From Chiloscyllium plagiosum (Eukaryota): 64,000 bases of DNA. A model generated the notes under the pieces. It did no database searches. It was not told the origin of the DNA and worked only from the letters and a program-made list of their open reading frames with translations. Where the stretch lies: contig NC_057718.1 in assembly GCF_004010195.1 (NCBI RefSeq), positions 64,238,744 to 64,302,743 of the forward strand, in the 5' to 3' direction. Made by a program: the position numbers and the translations under genes. Of this stretch, positions 12,101 through 24,119 are shown piece after piece (the first letter of the stretch is position 1; every line of letters starts with the position of its first letter).

Positions 12101-13204
12101 ATACATGATCCTTATATGTGGCAATCATATTCTTGAATGCTGTACTGGCTGTTTGACTGATATCAGCAACTGTAAGATGTTAAAATAAAAGATCTACATT
12201 AATAGCCAGCTGCCACTTCAAGTCAGAAAGACAAAACAAAGTTTCCGAAGAGCCACATTAACTCTTGTTTCTCTCTCCACCGATGCTGCCAGAGGTGATT
12301 TTCTCTAGTTCTTTCTGTTTTGTTCCAAATCTCCAGCATCCTCAGTTCTTTGTTTTCTTAAAGGGCAATCATCAACTGTTTCATGACCAAAGGCTGTTTC
12401 CCGACAGGGTAGGCAGGATTCAATGTAAGCTTGCATGCTGCTCTTGGTATATATCAATGATTTAGATATAACTATAGGGGGCATGATTAAGAAATTTCCA
12501 GATGATACAAAAATTCTTGCTATCCATTTAAGAGAACAAATTTACAGAATGTGTTAAAATCAGAGGTTTGCATTCATAGAATATACAGTATTGCAAGATG
12601 TGTCATCAAAAAGTCAGTACAGATTCTAAATGTTGGCCTCTACTTGGTTGATTTCTTCCAAGGTCTCAGCACCTGGAATTTCTTTTATAGTCTTCTCATA
12701 AAGAAATCAGAGCTGCAACAAACAACCTTGTTCCTCTGAGAATCATGCCTTCCCAGACTAGGGGTTGGGACCCAAGATGGGTTCATGACCTCTGAGGCAG
12801 CAATGGCCATCATGGAGGTCTCAACAAGTTCTAACAGTCATACTCCCTTTCTAAAAGGTTCCTACTCTCAGTTTTCACTGCAAGGTTGCGCCCGTTTTCA
12901 GGCCTCAAACTGAGGTCAGTGGGTAAAGGTTTGGGAAGCACAGGAGACTGCCATTCAGCCTATTAGGCTGTGCAAAGTCTTTGAAAATACAGTAAAGCCT
13001 GGCACACATCCCTGCCTTTTGCCTAGCATTTACTGTTTGTAAAATATACCAGTACCATGGATGGATGGATTTAATACTGGGAATATGCGACCTTGTCTGC
13101 TTATGCACTTATTCTCACCATTCTCATTTGGATCTGGGTCCCATTAATTCCACAGTCTGCAGGGAGAATAAGCAAACTGTACTGTGGCACAGAGAGCCAT
13201 TCAA

Positions 13205-13238
13205 GTGTGTGTGTGTGTGTGTGGGGGGGGGGGGGGGG
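13205..13238 (+). repeat. (TG)n plus poly-G simple repeat
   Basis: gtgtgtgtgtgtgtgtgtg followed by a G run. Confidence 0.95.
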
Positions 13239-13539
13239 AAGAAATAAAGAAAAATGTTATAGTGCATAGTTAGAGGAATGGATCTGTTCTCTGTAGCAAA
13301 AACAGAGACCCAAAGACTGTGTTCCCCACTTACTGTCAGAGGTGTGAAGAAAATGGGAAAATAAAATAAGGGGGAAGATCGGTAGATGAGCAGCGGCAGA
13401 CATTTAAGCAGATATCTCCTAATACTCAGCAAAAGTGTACTCTAGTCATTCTAGTCAGAAAGGACATGATGAAAACAATGAAAGTCTCATTGTTAACAAA
13501 GGAGGTCAAATAGTGTATCCAATCAAAATCTAATGCATA

Positions 13540-15285
13540 CAAAGTGCTGGAAATTAAAGGTCGTCAGAGGATTTTTTTAGGAACCAGCAGCAGATGACTA
13601 AAAAGTGATTATAGGGAGAAAATCGATTATGAAAGTTAATTGACAAGAAATACAAAAACAAGCAGCAGGAGCTTTTATCAGTTTATAGAAAGACTAAACT
13701 AAGTGTAGCACTCTTTTGGGATGGGACTGGGGAGTTGATAATAAGGAACAGGGAAATGGCTGATAATTTGAAACCAATGTTTTGCATTTGTCTTCATGGT
13801 GAAGGACACTATAAACATCCCAAAGATATCACAGGAGGAAGGGTAATAATGGGAGTAAAATTCTTGTAACAGGCTCTATCATAAGGCAGAACATATCGGT
13901 AACTAATGGGCATGAAGCCAGACAGATAGACAGGACACAACGGCCAGCATCCAAGGATTTTAAAGGAAGTGGCTGCAGGGATAGTGAAAGAACTGTTTGA
14001 AATATTTATGAACTCACTGGATTCCTGCAGGGTTCCAGTAAATTGGGAAAACTGTGAATGTGACAGCCCTGCTCAATAAGAGAGGCAGAAAACAGGAAAA
14101 TATAAGCCAGTTGGCCAACAGCTGTTATTGGAAAATACTATGGTTCATTATTAAGGAAGAAATTGCAAGATATTTCAAAAATCTGAAGACAATCAGAGCC
14201 AACATAGCTTTTAAAAGGGTAATAATGGTTGGCAAATTTGCTGGAGTTCTTTGAAGATATAACAAGCAGAATTGAAGATAGAACTTGTCCGTTTGTCCTA
14301 GTGTATTTGGATCTCCAGAAAGAATTTAGTAAGGTGGCATATAAAAGGTTATTTTACAAGATAGCAGATCATGCTACTGTGATAATGTACTAAAGTGGAT
14401 CAAAGATCGGTTAGCACACAGAAGAGAGAGCATCAGGATGAATGCGTCTTTTTCAGATTGGAAAGACGCAACTAGCTAGGTGTCACAAGCACCAGACTTA
14501 AGGTCTCAATTACTTACTATCTATATTAATGCCTTGGAGGAGGGTGCAGTGTGTAAGGTTTGAAAATTTGCTGATGATAAAAAAAGGGTGGGAGAGTATG
14601 TTGTGATGAGGACAGAAGTACCAATAAGCCAATAACTACTTCAAGTTTCTATAAGGAATCTGCAAGGGAATAGGTTGTGAGTGGGCAAAGACTTTGGAGA
14701 TGGAATATAATGTAATTTCTTGGGAAGAATCAAATGGCAGACTATTGTTTAAATGAAGAGCAACTTCACAAAAAGTGAAGGTTTTGGGTTCTTGCACATG
14801 AAACACAAAACATTAGCATACAGACACAGTAGATAATTAAGAAGGCAAATGGAACTTTGGCCTCTATTGTTAGGGCTTGAAGTAGGGAAGACTTGTTACA
14901 ACTGTACATGATATTGGCGTGGCCAAAGCTGGAGTGCTGTATACAGTTTTGGTCCCATATTTAAGGATATGCTGGCATTGGAGGCTGTTCAAATGGGATT
15001 CACTCAGCTGATTCTTGGGATGAAGGGATCACTTATCAAGAACAGCTACTGTGTTCAATACTGTGTTCAGGATGTTGCTAGGGTTGGAGGGGTTGAGCTA
15101 TAGGGAAAAGCTGAATAGGCTGGAGCTATTTTCCCTGGAGCATCAGAGGCCAAGGGGTGACCTTATAGAAGTTTATAAAATCACAAGAGGCATTGATGGG
15201 GTGAATAGCCAAGGTCTTTTTTTTCCCAGGGTAGGGGAGACCAAAACTAGGGGGCATAGGTTTAGGGTGAGAGGGGTACAATTTA
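13540..15285 (+). mobile_element. Degenerate CR1 ORF2 (RT) fragment joined to a HER1-like 3' fragment (15065-15285)
   Basis: RT motif remnants VYLDLQK and KFADD. The 15051 ORF reads GLEGLSYREKLNRLELFSLEHQRPRGDLIEVYKI. Confidence 0.85.
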
Positions 15286-15539
15286 ATCACTAGTTCCAAA
15301 GTGCTGTCCCACTGTCAGCTTGCCCTGCCTTATTTCCCCAAGAGAAAGTGAAGTTTTATGCCTTCTCTAGTAGTTACATCATACACTTGAATAAAAAGGT
15401 TTTTGATTCCTCTCCAACCAAGCCCTTTACACTATGACATTCCCAGTCTATGTTTTGAAAGTTAGAATCCCCTACCACTACAATCCGAAAACTCTTACAG
15501 ATTTCAGAGATCTCCTTACATATTTGCTTCTTAATTTCC

Positions 15540-16030
15540 TGCTGACTGTTGGAGGGCCAATCCCAATAAGGTGATCATCGCTTTCCTATTTCTCAGGTCT
15601 ATCCATATAACTTAACTGGACAGTCTACCAGGAATACTCACCCTAAGATTAGAGTGGTGCTGGAAATGATGAAGGGCTCCTGCCCGAAACGTCGATTTTC
15701 CTGCTTCTCGGATGCTGCCTGACCTGCTGTGCATTTCCAGCACCACTCTAATCTTGATCTAATCTCCAGCATCTGCAGTGCTCACTTTCGCCTATATTCT
15801 CCCAAACTACAGCCGTTAAGTTATCCTTAACCAAGAATGCCACTCCCTCATCTCTCTTGCGCGCCCCTCCAACCTTCCAATGGCATCTATACCTAGAAGC
15901 TGCCAGTCCTGCCCCTCCTTGAGCCACGTTTCTGTATTAGCTATGATATCCCAGTCTCATGTTCACAACCATGCCGAGTTCATCTGCTTTTCCTGTCAGA
16001 CCTTTGGCATTGAAATAAATGCAATTTATT
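15540..16030 (-). mobile_element. CR1 endonuclease-region relic
   Basis: Minus strand reads WDIIANTETWL at ~15920-15955. Confidence 0.7.
15645..15792 (+). mobile_element. Mini Penelope-derived element with a 24-bp inverted repeat
   Basis: aagattagagtggtgctggaaatg (15645-15668) is the exact reverse complement of 15732-15755. It encloses tgatgaagggc-tcct-gcccgaaacgtc. Confidence 0.8.
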
Positions 16031-16707
16031 AGCCTTACCTTATTTTCTACCTTGCTATTACCTGCCTTGACTATTTAACTTGCTCTTCTCTACTGTATCA
16101 GCCTTAGACTGAGTAATATTGACACCAACTCCCAGGAACAGAGCATTCTTCAAATGTTTAAGCTTGTACAAAGGATGGCTTGTTCTTCAGCCAACACACT
16201 GATAGGTGGTTTGTGAGCAATATGGGTTCAAATCAATCTAAACTGAATGCTCCAAGAAGTTAACAAAACAAACTCTCAAATCATATGTAAGAGAACAAAG
16301 TTCCAAAATTTGGGTAGGACAGTTTTAAGTATCCATGAAAAATATCTGCAAAACATATAAAGGAACAGGCAACTTGGAAGTTGAAAATAAATTACTACAA
16401 GATTTATCATTTAAGTATATTAATTTCAGAGGCCTGAATAGGCTGAAATGTATCTCTCCCTGAAATCACTGATTTCTTGTAAAACATTTTTCATAGGCTA
16501 TTCCTCATTATGTACTTGTGTCAACTGAATCACAATTTTAAATGGCAATTCTTGATATTCGAGTCACTTACATTCATTTTTAAAAGCCATTTCAAAATTA
16601 ACAAGAAAAGATTATTTAATCTACGTCTAAAAGTAATTAAGTATAAGATCTGCACTGTATGCGGCAATGCTTTAATGACAATTTGTTAAACATTCAAAAT
16701 AAGCCAG

Positions 16708-16725
16708 TTTATTTTTAGATTTATT
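16708..16725 (-). terminator. Candidate PRR18 polyadenylation signals (two AATAAA)
   Basis: Minus strand TGTAC-AATAAA-tctaaa-AATAAA followed by U-rich sequence. Weaker ATTAAA sites lie at 17623 and 17679. Confidence 0.35.
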
Positions 16726-16872
16726 GTACACTTTGCACATTCAGTTGTCCACATCACGAGCAGATAGCAGGTATAAATATAAAGTCTTGCTCTGGTAGTC
16801 CTCTCATTTGTCCATTCCTCACTTCTCATTACAGGTCATATCCATTTCTTGCCAGTGATATCATATTCACTC

Positions 16873-17400
16873 AGAGTCATAGAGATGTACAGCACAGAAA
16901 CAGACCCTCCGGTCCAACTTGTCCATGCCAACCAGATATCCTAACCTAATCTAGTCCCATTAGCCAGCACTTGACCCATATTCCTCAAAACCCTTTCCAT
17001 ATATACATCTAATGCATTTAAATGTTGTATTTGTACCAGCCTCCACCACTTCCTCTGGCACCTCATTCCACACATGCACCACCACACACGTGAAAAAAAG
17101 GTGCCCCTTAGGTCCCTTTCAAATTTTTCCCCCTCACCCTAGACCTATGCCTTATAGTTCTAGACTCCCCAACCCAGGGAAAACATCTTGTCTATTTATC
17201 CAATCCATGCCCCTCATGATTTTATAAACCTCTAGAAAGTCATCCCTCAGCCTCCAATGCTCCAGGGAGAACAGCCACAGCCTATTCAGCCTCTCCCTAT
17301 AACTCAAACCCTCTAACCCTGGCAACATCCTTGTAAATCTGAACCCTTTCAAGTTTCACAACATCCTTCCAATAGGAGGGAGACCAGGACTGCACACAAT
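16873..17400 (-). mobile_element. CR1 (HER1-like) 3' fragment
   Basis: ORF 17152-17352 reads RMLPGLEGLSYRERLNRL, and the shared 3' tail is present. Confidence 0.9.
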
Positions 17401-17901
17401 ATTTATATTTTGTTTGACAAGCCAGAACAATTTCACTTTTAACAAAACATATTTGGTAGATCATATCTGTCACGCAGCTCCAAACTAGACAGAGCACAAA
17501 ATGTACCCAAACATTGTGAAGTATATTCCTAAGAATAGTTCCTTTCTTGCACATTACCTTTTTTTTCACTTTACTGTAACATAAGCATCAACCCTCTCTC
17601 CCACTCAATAGTGAACTACATTTTTAATTCTTTAACGGGCACTGTTCTGTGGATCCTGGGTAAACCTTAACTTAAAACTTTAATTGTAGGAATAATGAAG
17701 ATTTCAAACAAAATGCAAACAGCCAGAGTAATGTTGATGGTGGATTTGCAGTTTTCATTCAGACAGGGAAGCAGTGTGGAGATTGCTGAAATCGGGGGGT
17801 GTGGGCGGGATGACTCACACCCTTAGCCGGTGTAGCTGGGTGGGGGACCAGCCTGGGCTCAGCCACCCCCGACTCTGTTTGGTGTCCGGTCCCGGGGCCG
17901 G

Positions 17902-18525
17902 TCAGCTGAGCGTCCGGGGCCGGGTAGCCGCCTCCTGTACCCCGTGCAGCCAGTCCAGGCACCTCTGGTGCAGCGCCGGGTCACCTGGTCCGCCCTCCTC
18001 CTCCTCCTCCTCATACTCCACATCGTCGTATTTGTGTTGGTTATTGAGCAGCGAGATCTTCACCAGGCCCCGGATATCGGCGGCTGCGGCCCACCGCGGG
18101 CCTTGCCTCCTGCTCCTCCCGGCCCCCAGCGGCTGGAGCTCCAGGCTGCGCCTCTGGATCAGCAACATGGCCTCGGGGGTCAGGCTGAGGGAGAAGCCCC
18201 CTTCTCCAGTGCTGTCCACCGGCCCGCTCCGGGGTGAGGTATCACTGCTCCCTCTACCCGAGTCCGCCGACCTGGAGGCGGGCCCGCTCTCACTCGAGCT
18301 GCCCGGAGCCCTGGGTCCCGCGGGTGGAGCCTGCGGTCGGAGGCCGCCCAGCCGCGAGGTGGAAAAGCGGGAGCGGCCCCGGCCCTTAGCCGGCGGCGCT
18401 GGGCCTGCCCTTGGCCCCCGCACCATCTCCTGCTGCCTCCCGGGGATACAGCAGCCTCCAGCTGGAGCCACTGCAGGGAAGGACACCGCGGCTCGGTGAG
18501 GCCTCGGACAGCTTTCCAGCTTCAT
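17902..18525 (-). CDS. PRR18: Proline-rich protein 18, single coding exon, 207 aa
   Basis: Family motifs FSLSLTPEAMLLIQRR, LVKISLLNNQHKYDDVEYEEE and QRCLDWLHGVQ match PRR18 (FCLNLTPEAVLVIQKR, KVSLLNERHRYDDVEYEEE, KCTEWLRGVE). It is adjacent to and co-oriented with SFT2D1, as in mammals. Confidence 0.93.
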   Translation of the reverse strand: MKLESCPRPHRAAVSFPAVAPAGGCCIPGRQQEMVRGPRAGPAPPAKGRGRSRFSTSRLGGLRPQAPPAGPRAPGSSSESGPASRSADSGRGSSDTSPRSGPVDSTGEGGFSLSLTPEAMLLIQRRSLELQPLGAGRSRRQGPRWAAAADIRGLVKISLLNNQHKYDDVEYEEEEEEGGPGDPALHQRCLDWLHGVQEAATRPRTLS

Positions 18526-18578
18526 TACCCCCGGCCGCTCTCAGGATCGAGTGACCCGAGAGCAAGCACGGGCCCCGC

Positions 18579-18594
18579 TTTATACCGGGGCGGG
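18579..18594 (-). promoter_or_regulatory. PRR18 TATA box and GC box
   Basis: Minus-strand TATAAA at 18584-18579, about 54 nt upstream of the ATG. GGGGCGGG lies at 18587-18594. Confidence 0.55.
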
Positions 18595-18602
18595 CTACCG
18601 TT

Positions 18603-18695
18603 CCCCGGGGCTGAGGCTGTCCCCTCCTCCCGCAGGCTCCCGTCCCTCCCGCGGGCTCCTCTCCCTCCCCCGGGGCTGAGGCTGTCCCCTCCTCC
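18603..18695 (+). repeat. 28-bp perfect direct repeat upstream of PRR18
   Basis: ccccggggctgaggctgtcccctcctcc at 18603-18630 and 18668-18695. Confidence 0.9.
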
Positions 18696-18944
18696 TCTCA
18701 ATGGGGATATGTTTGGGTAATAAATGCTGCTATTCACATCAACATCCACGTCCCAAACATTATGAAGTATATAACTAATGTTGCCTCACTTGTAAAGTTA
18801 CAATAATTTGATTTGATTGTCATTGAACTATTTTTGAGATTTATCTCAACACATTAGATTATATCACGAACAACACCAGAGATTCAAATTTATCCAACTT
18901 GTTGTAAGTTGCTATAGCCTTACCAGGCAAGAAGGCCTGGTTTA

Positions 18945-19112
18945 ACCTGAGGGTCAGCACACCTCAGGTGAGGGGGAAGAGAGAGAGAGAAAGTCATTAG
19001 TAGCAATTGCAGCTGGTGCAAGAATTGAACCCACGCTGTTGCATCACTCTGCAGACCAACATTCAGGATCAGTGGTGCTGGAAGAGCACAGACCAACATT
19101 CAGCCAACTGAG
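18945..19112 (-). mobile_element. tRNA-derived SINE relic carrying a 22-bp insertion
   Basis: Minus strand begins ctcagttggctg (A box-like) and contains gggttcaattc (B box). A related copy lies at 37630-37860. Confidence 0.55.
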
Positions 19113-19303
19113 AGTGTGAAAGGAGCCTAGATAAGTTTCAGAATTCAAGTGTTCTGAGCTAATCTTAAAGAATCAACTTTTTCAATCTGAATAATGAAAT
19201 ATGAAATTAAGAACATACATTCTGGAAAAAAAACTCAGGCCAGGCAACAGACTTAACATCTCACGTTAATGATGTTTCAATAGAACTTGGTATAATAGCT
19301 AAT

Positions 19304-19542
19304 ATCGAGTTTTGAGAAGATTTGTAGCACAGGTTGAGGTTCTGGATATGGGTTTGCTCGCTTAGCTGGAAGGTTTGTTTTCAAATGTGTTTAGGTTTCC
19401 TTCACCGACCTAAGGAAACATAAATAGGAGGCGGACCATGCCACCAGTGCTTCATCTGAAGGCTCACTGATGATGTTACCTAATATGGTGATGAAATGTC
19501 TGAAAACGAACCTTCCAGCTCAGCGAGCAAACCTACATCTAG
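19304..19542 (+). mobile_element. Internally deleted Penelope-like element (second family) with inverted ends and 11-bp TSD
   Basis: taatagctaat at 19293-19303 and 19543-19553. Inverted repeat ~19346-19388 vs ~19496-19539. Same termini as 53690-54385. Confidence 0.8.
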
Positions 19543-19765
19543 TAATAGCTAATTAATATAAACAAAGAACTCTGGATGCTGGATATCTGAAACAAACAAA
19601 AACAGAAATTTCTGGAGAAATTCAGCAAGTGTTTAAAGTTTTTGTGAAGATCTGTAGCTAGTGAGCTGTTTGCATTTGTTGTTAGGTCTGTTCGCCAAGC
19701 TAGTAGGTTTGTTTGCAGACGTTTTGTCCCCTTTCCTGCATGTCTGGTACCACATGTGGAGAGAA

Positions 19766-19965
19766 ATAGAGTCATAGTTATAGAGTCATAGAAATGTACA
19801 GTATGGAAAGAGACCCTTCGGTCCAACTCATCTATGCCAACCAGATATCCCAACCCAATCTAGTCCCACCTGCCAGCATCCGGCCCATATCCCTCCAAAT
19901 CCTTCCTATTCATATACCCATCCAAATGCCTCTTAAATGTTGTAATTGTACCAGCCTCCACCAGT
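19766..19965 (-). mobile_element. CR1 (HER1-like) 3' end
   Basis: Near-identical to the reverse complement of 32190-32360. Confidence 0.9.
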
Positions 19966-20019
19966 TCAGTGACCCTTCTTCAGAAATGTATTATTAGTTT
20001 TTAACATACTGTTAATCAT

Positions 20020-20258
20020 ATAGGCCACACCAGGTAAAGATGGAAGGCTTCATTCTCTAAAAATACATTAGTGAATCAGATGAGTTTTCACAACAAAGAT
20101 AGCTATGAACTTCTACTATTACTAGCTTTTAATTACAGACATTTAAAATTAATTTAAATTCCACCAACTCTCATGGTGGGATTTGAACCCATGTCTATAT
20201 AGCATTAGCTTGGATTCTGAATTATAAATCCAATGCTATTGTCACTATTTTCAGCATC
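20020..20258 (-). mobile_element. tRNA-derived SINE relic
   Basis: B-box gggttcaaatccc on the minus strand at ~20178-20190. Confidence 0.5.
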
Positions 20259-23012
20259 TTCTAATACAATTGATTCTTATATAGGGGCTTTCCAATTGAC
20301 TTGTGACAGTTATGAATTTGCTCCATACAGTCAATTGGTCTGTTGTATATTTATGGCTTGTTGCTGGAATATGTTCTTTGTGATTGTGGCCAGTAATATA
20401 ATTGCAACAAATTCATTGCAAATCCCTTCAGGAAAATCTGGGTTCATTGCAGCTGATGAGTCTATGCCTGAAAAAAAAAGACATTGGCACAGATTATGGA
20501 GTGTTTGAAGGAACTTATTTACTTTGCCTCAAAGTTCAGTTCAAAGTCTGGATCCAATCATCACAAGATTAAATCACTGGTTCAGATGGTGTCATGCATC
20601 TAATTACCACATCAGTGAATATTCATTACATAAAATAGGTGAAGGAAGTTTACAAAACCTTCAAACAGCATGTGGGAGTTGTTCTGAGGTGTGCATGACT
20701 TAATTTTGATGAAAACCTTTGCCTATTAATAATCAAGAAAGAAAATAGGAAATGGATCAAGATGACAAAAATGAGAAAATATTTTTTTTTAAACAGATAA
20801 AACACTGATTTTACAAATTTCATAATTTATTACCCAGGAAACAGTGGTGCTGAGCTAATTCCTTGACAACTGAAGTCCTTGAGGGGTAGGGACACTCAGT
20901 GCTGTTAGAGAGCTTCAGGATTTCGATGCAGCAACAATGAAGGAACATGCTACCTTATCCTTCTATGTGGTAAAGATTGCAGATTTAGAAGATGTTATCA
21001 ACACATTCACAACTTTGATGCTGTTTGACATGTTGGTATTTTCCTTTTTTACTTAAAACCAAAGCGGTGTGGCGTTTTTCATTGGTCCCTGTACATTTTG
21101 TATCAATAGGAACTCTGTCTTGTTACATATGAATATTTACTTCTATTTCTCACTAGGAAATAGATGTGGGATTGGGACTTTTACATTGTTTCAATCAAAT
21201 TGCAGAATGACTGCAGCATAACAACAATGGATCTTCACAGTCTCAACTTGGCTTTGCTGCATGCTAACTAGAAATTTGGTATTATATACATTAGGATTGA
21301 CATTTAATGTTTTTGATTTGGTGTCTACAATGAGCCTATAAAATAGTGACTAAAATCAAAGTTCCTATCTTGTTACAATCTTTGCTGTGGAATAGTAAAC
21401 CAAAATAATTGTATCTACTGAATGACCCATAAGAGAAATTAGTCATAGCGCTTTTTTCAGCTTTTACTTTAAAATACAAATCAGAAGCAATGCAAATTAG
21501 AAATTAATGAACAGTCACATATTTCAACTAAAGGCAAATTTTAGCTGAAATAGCTGACAACAAAAATGTCTTACCCACAAATTTTTGTATTATTTCTGAA
21601 ATGGTAGCACTGCACATGTTACACAATTTGCTTTACTTTATTCATGTAGGGTAGGTCAATAGCACTCTTTGATAATAGCCACCACCTTCAAGTTTCATAG
21701 CTATGATTATCATCAGTAAGGCACATTTCTACAATTGCTCCCTTTTCTGTGGATCAACAGTCTTGATTTGTTTTCCTTTTCAACCAACACCACTGTTCAC
21801 TTTGGCAACTTATGGGTAATCACATAATTCTAAACTATCCCTGAGCTATTCAGGTTTTAGACCTACTGAGCCAGCTTGCATAGTGCCTCCTAAAGCTCAT
21901 TTTTATTTTTCTTTCAAAAAAATGACCACTTCCTGAAAGCATTTATTTAAATATTGTATGTTCCTTTTTCCCTTAAGTCTGTTTTCTTTCTCTTCATATC
22001 TGTATCTGTACACAGATTGCCTACACCATCCAGTTCTTCAGCTGCAACACTTATATCGGTTATACACATAGCTGTTTTCTCTAATTTTCTGTTGTGACTA
22101 CTTCCAGATCAAGGTCACGTGCACCAAACTAATAGATTCCTTTTATAATCAATGCAAATTTTGAAAAATCCTTCACAAACATTTTTCACAGGAATTACAG
22201 ATTTCAGTCTTCTGAAGAAATTACATTTTCCTTACTGCAGTGTTTCTGGATCAAAGGTCAATCACAACCTCTTTCAGATAAATTATAAGCAGTGGCAATC
22301 ACTTTGTCTAATTACCAGTGACCATCTGATCAACAAATAGTTCACTCAGCAAGGAATTTGTAAGAATGCATCTGATCAGTTGTTGCACTGGTTTTATTCT
22401 CGACAGAACTGAAATCTACTCAGAGGTGGCATAGAACAGAAGCTGATATTCTGCGTTTTTTGTTAGAATTTAATCTTAATTCCAGGAAATTCACAGAAAA
22501 ATACCTACAATGCTAATTTAGAAACTTGGTGAGTAGATAAACCATATGGAAAAGGAAAACCACAAGGAAAGTTTGATTTCTGGTTAGCAAAATTGATTAT
22601 CAATGCAAATGTGATGAACCAGCTAGTTAGAGGAACACTGACCCACATTTCTGGTTAGTGTTCAGTATTCCCTGTTGGATGCACACATGTGCAGATGCCT
22701 ATTGAAAATAGGATCAGATGGGTCAGAGATGACCACGGTGAGTGACAAATTGTTCAACCACATTACTATTCATCGGTAAAGCCCATCACAAGTTGTGTAG
22801 TATCACTGGTGAAATCTCAACGCATCAAGGAGCAAATGTCTTAACGAGGGGAAGGTAGAAAATTGGTTAAAAAAAGCCACATATTTACAAAAATGTGGTA
22901 AACCACTTTCATGCATTTTACAAACAGATAATGCAATGTTAAGGCATAACTAATGTGAAATAGTGTTAAAAATTCACGTTGGAGAAATATTTGAGTATTT
23001 CATGAACTCCTC

Positions 23013-23485
23013 TGAGTCACAGTCATTGAAATGTACAGTGTGGAAACAGACCCTTCAGTCCAATGAGTCCATGCTGACCAGATACCCTAAATTAATCTCG
23101 TCCCATTTGCCAGCATTTGGTCAATACCCCTCTAACCCCTTCGTATTCACATAGTCATCCAGGTGCCTTTTAAATGTTGTAATTGTACCAGTTTCCAGCA
23201 CTTTCTCTGGCAGCTCATTCCATACATGCACCACCACACATGAAAAATTTGCCTTTTAGTTTCCTTTTAAAGCTTTCCCCTCGCACCCTAAACTTATGCC
23301 CTCCAGCTCTGGACTCTGCATCTCCATGGAAAAAACCTTGTCTATTTATCCTATTCTTGCTCCTCATGATTTTAAATCTCTATAAGGTTGCCCCTCAGCC
23401 TCCAATGCTCCAGGGAAAGCAGCTGCAGTCTATTCAACTTCTCCCAAAAGCTCAAACTGTCCAACCCTGGCAACATCCTTGTAGT
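23013..23485 (-). mobile_element. CR1 (HER1-like) 3' fragment
   Basis: RMLPGLDSLSFWEKLNRL plus the shared tail. Confidence 0.9.
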
Positions 23486-24119
23486 CTTTGAGTGTGCAAA
23501 GATTATAAAGAAATATATAGTGTGAAAGAATAGACTGATCAGATGACAAGAATTCGAAAAGTTGACTAATTTAGCGCATTTAGTTGTTCGGAGCACGTAA
23601 TTTATTTGGATTTTCAGAAGCTCCACTTCAGACTTTTAAAAAGACGACTGAAGTTCATGGAAATTAGCTGCACGGATTGAAAACATATTTCCTCGGTATA
23701 ATGACAGATAAGTCAGCCAAGCAGATTTGGGTTTGTAATAGATCTGCCTGTATAATTTTTTTTTTCAAAGAAATCTTTTGTCATAAAAGGTCTTTAAATT
23801 GATCTCATCAGTGTTTATCTGAAGTACAGGCTTTACATAGAAATAATCCATAACACAGGATTCGCTAAAGCCAAGCAAAATGGTTGGAGGAGAGGCAAGA
23901 CAACAATCATAACTCAACAAAACTGTACCGCAGGCTGACAGTATAGTCACTCCACACAAGGTGCTAAATGGACTTCAAAATAGGATTGCTCGAAATGGTT
24001 TTCTTCACAAACCTACAAAGGAACAAACCAGTGGTAAGCATTCACGTAAGATGTATTCATAGATAAAACTGCTTTATAAAAAGCATGTTTTTATTCTTTG
24101 GAGGACTTTTAATTTTAGG

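Larger units (their letters stand above)
17770..18700. promoter_or_regulatory. CpG island covering PRR18
   Basis: Abrupt GC- and CpG-rich block in an AT-rich background. Confidence 0.9.

Noticed and set aside
12740..12830. Possible hAT MITE end (ttcccagactaggggttgggaccc)
   Set aside because: No matching second TIR or 8-bp TSD found.
17774..18499. 241-aa plus-strand ORF (and the 97-aa ORF at 17944)
   Set aside because: Antisense shadow of the GC-rich PRR18 CDS, with non-ATG starts and no recognisable motifs.
18525..18749. ORF whose TAA overlaps the PRR18 ATG (TAATG), suggesting stop-start coupling
   Set aside because: Starts at GTG and runs through the TATA/promoter region. Stop-poor GC-rich DNA explains it.
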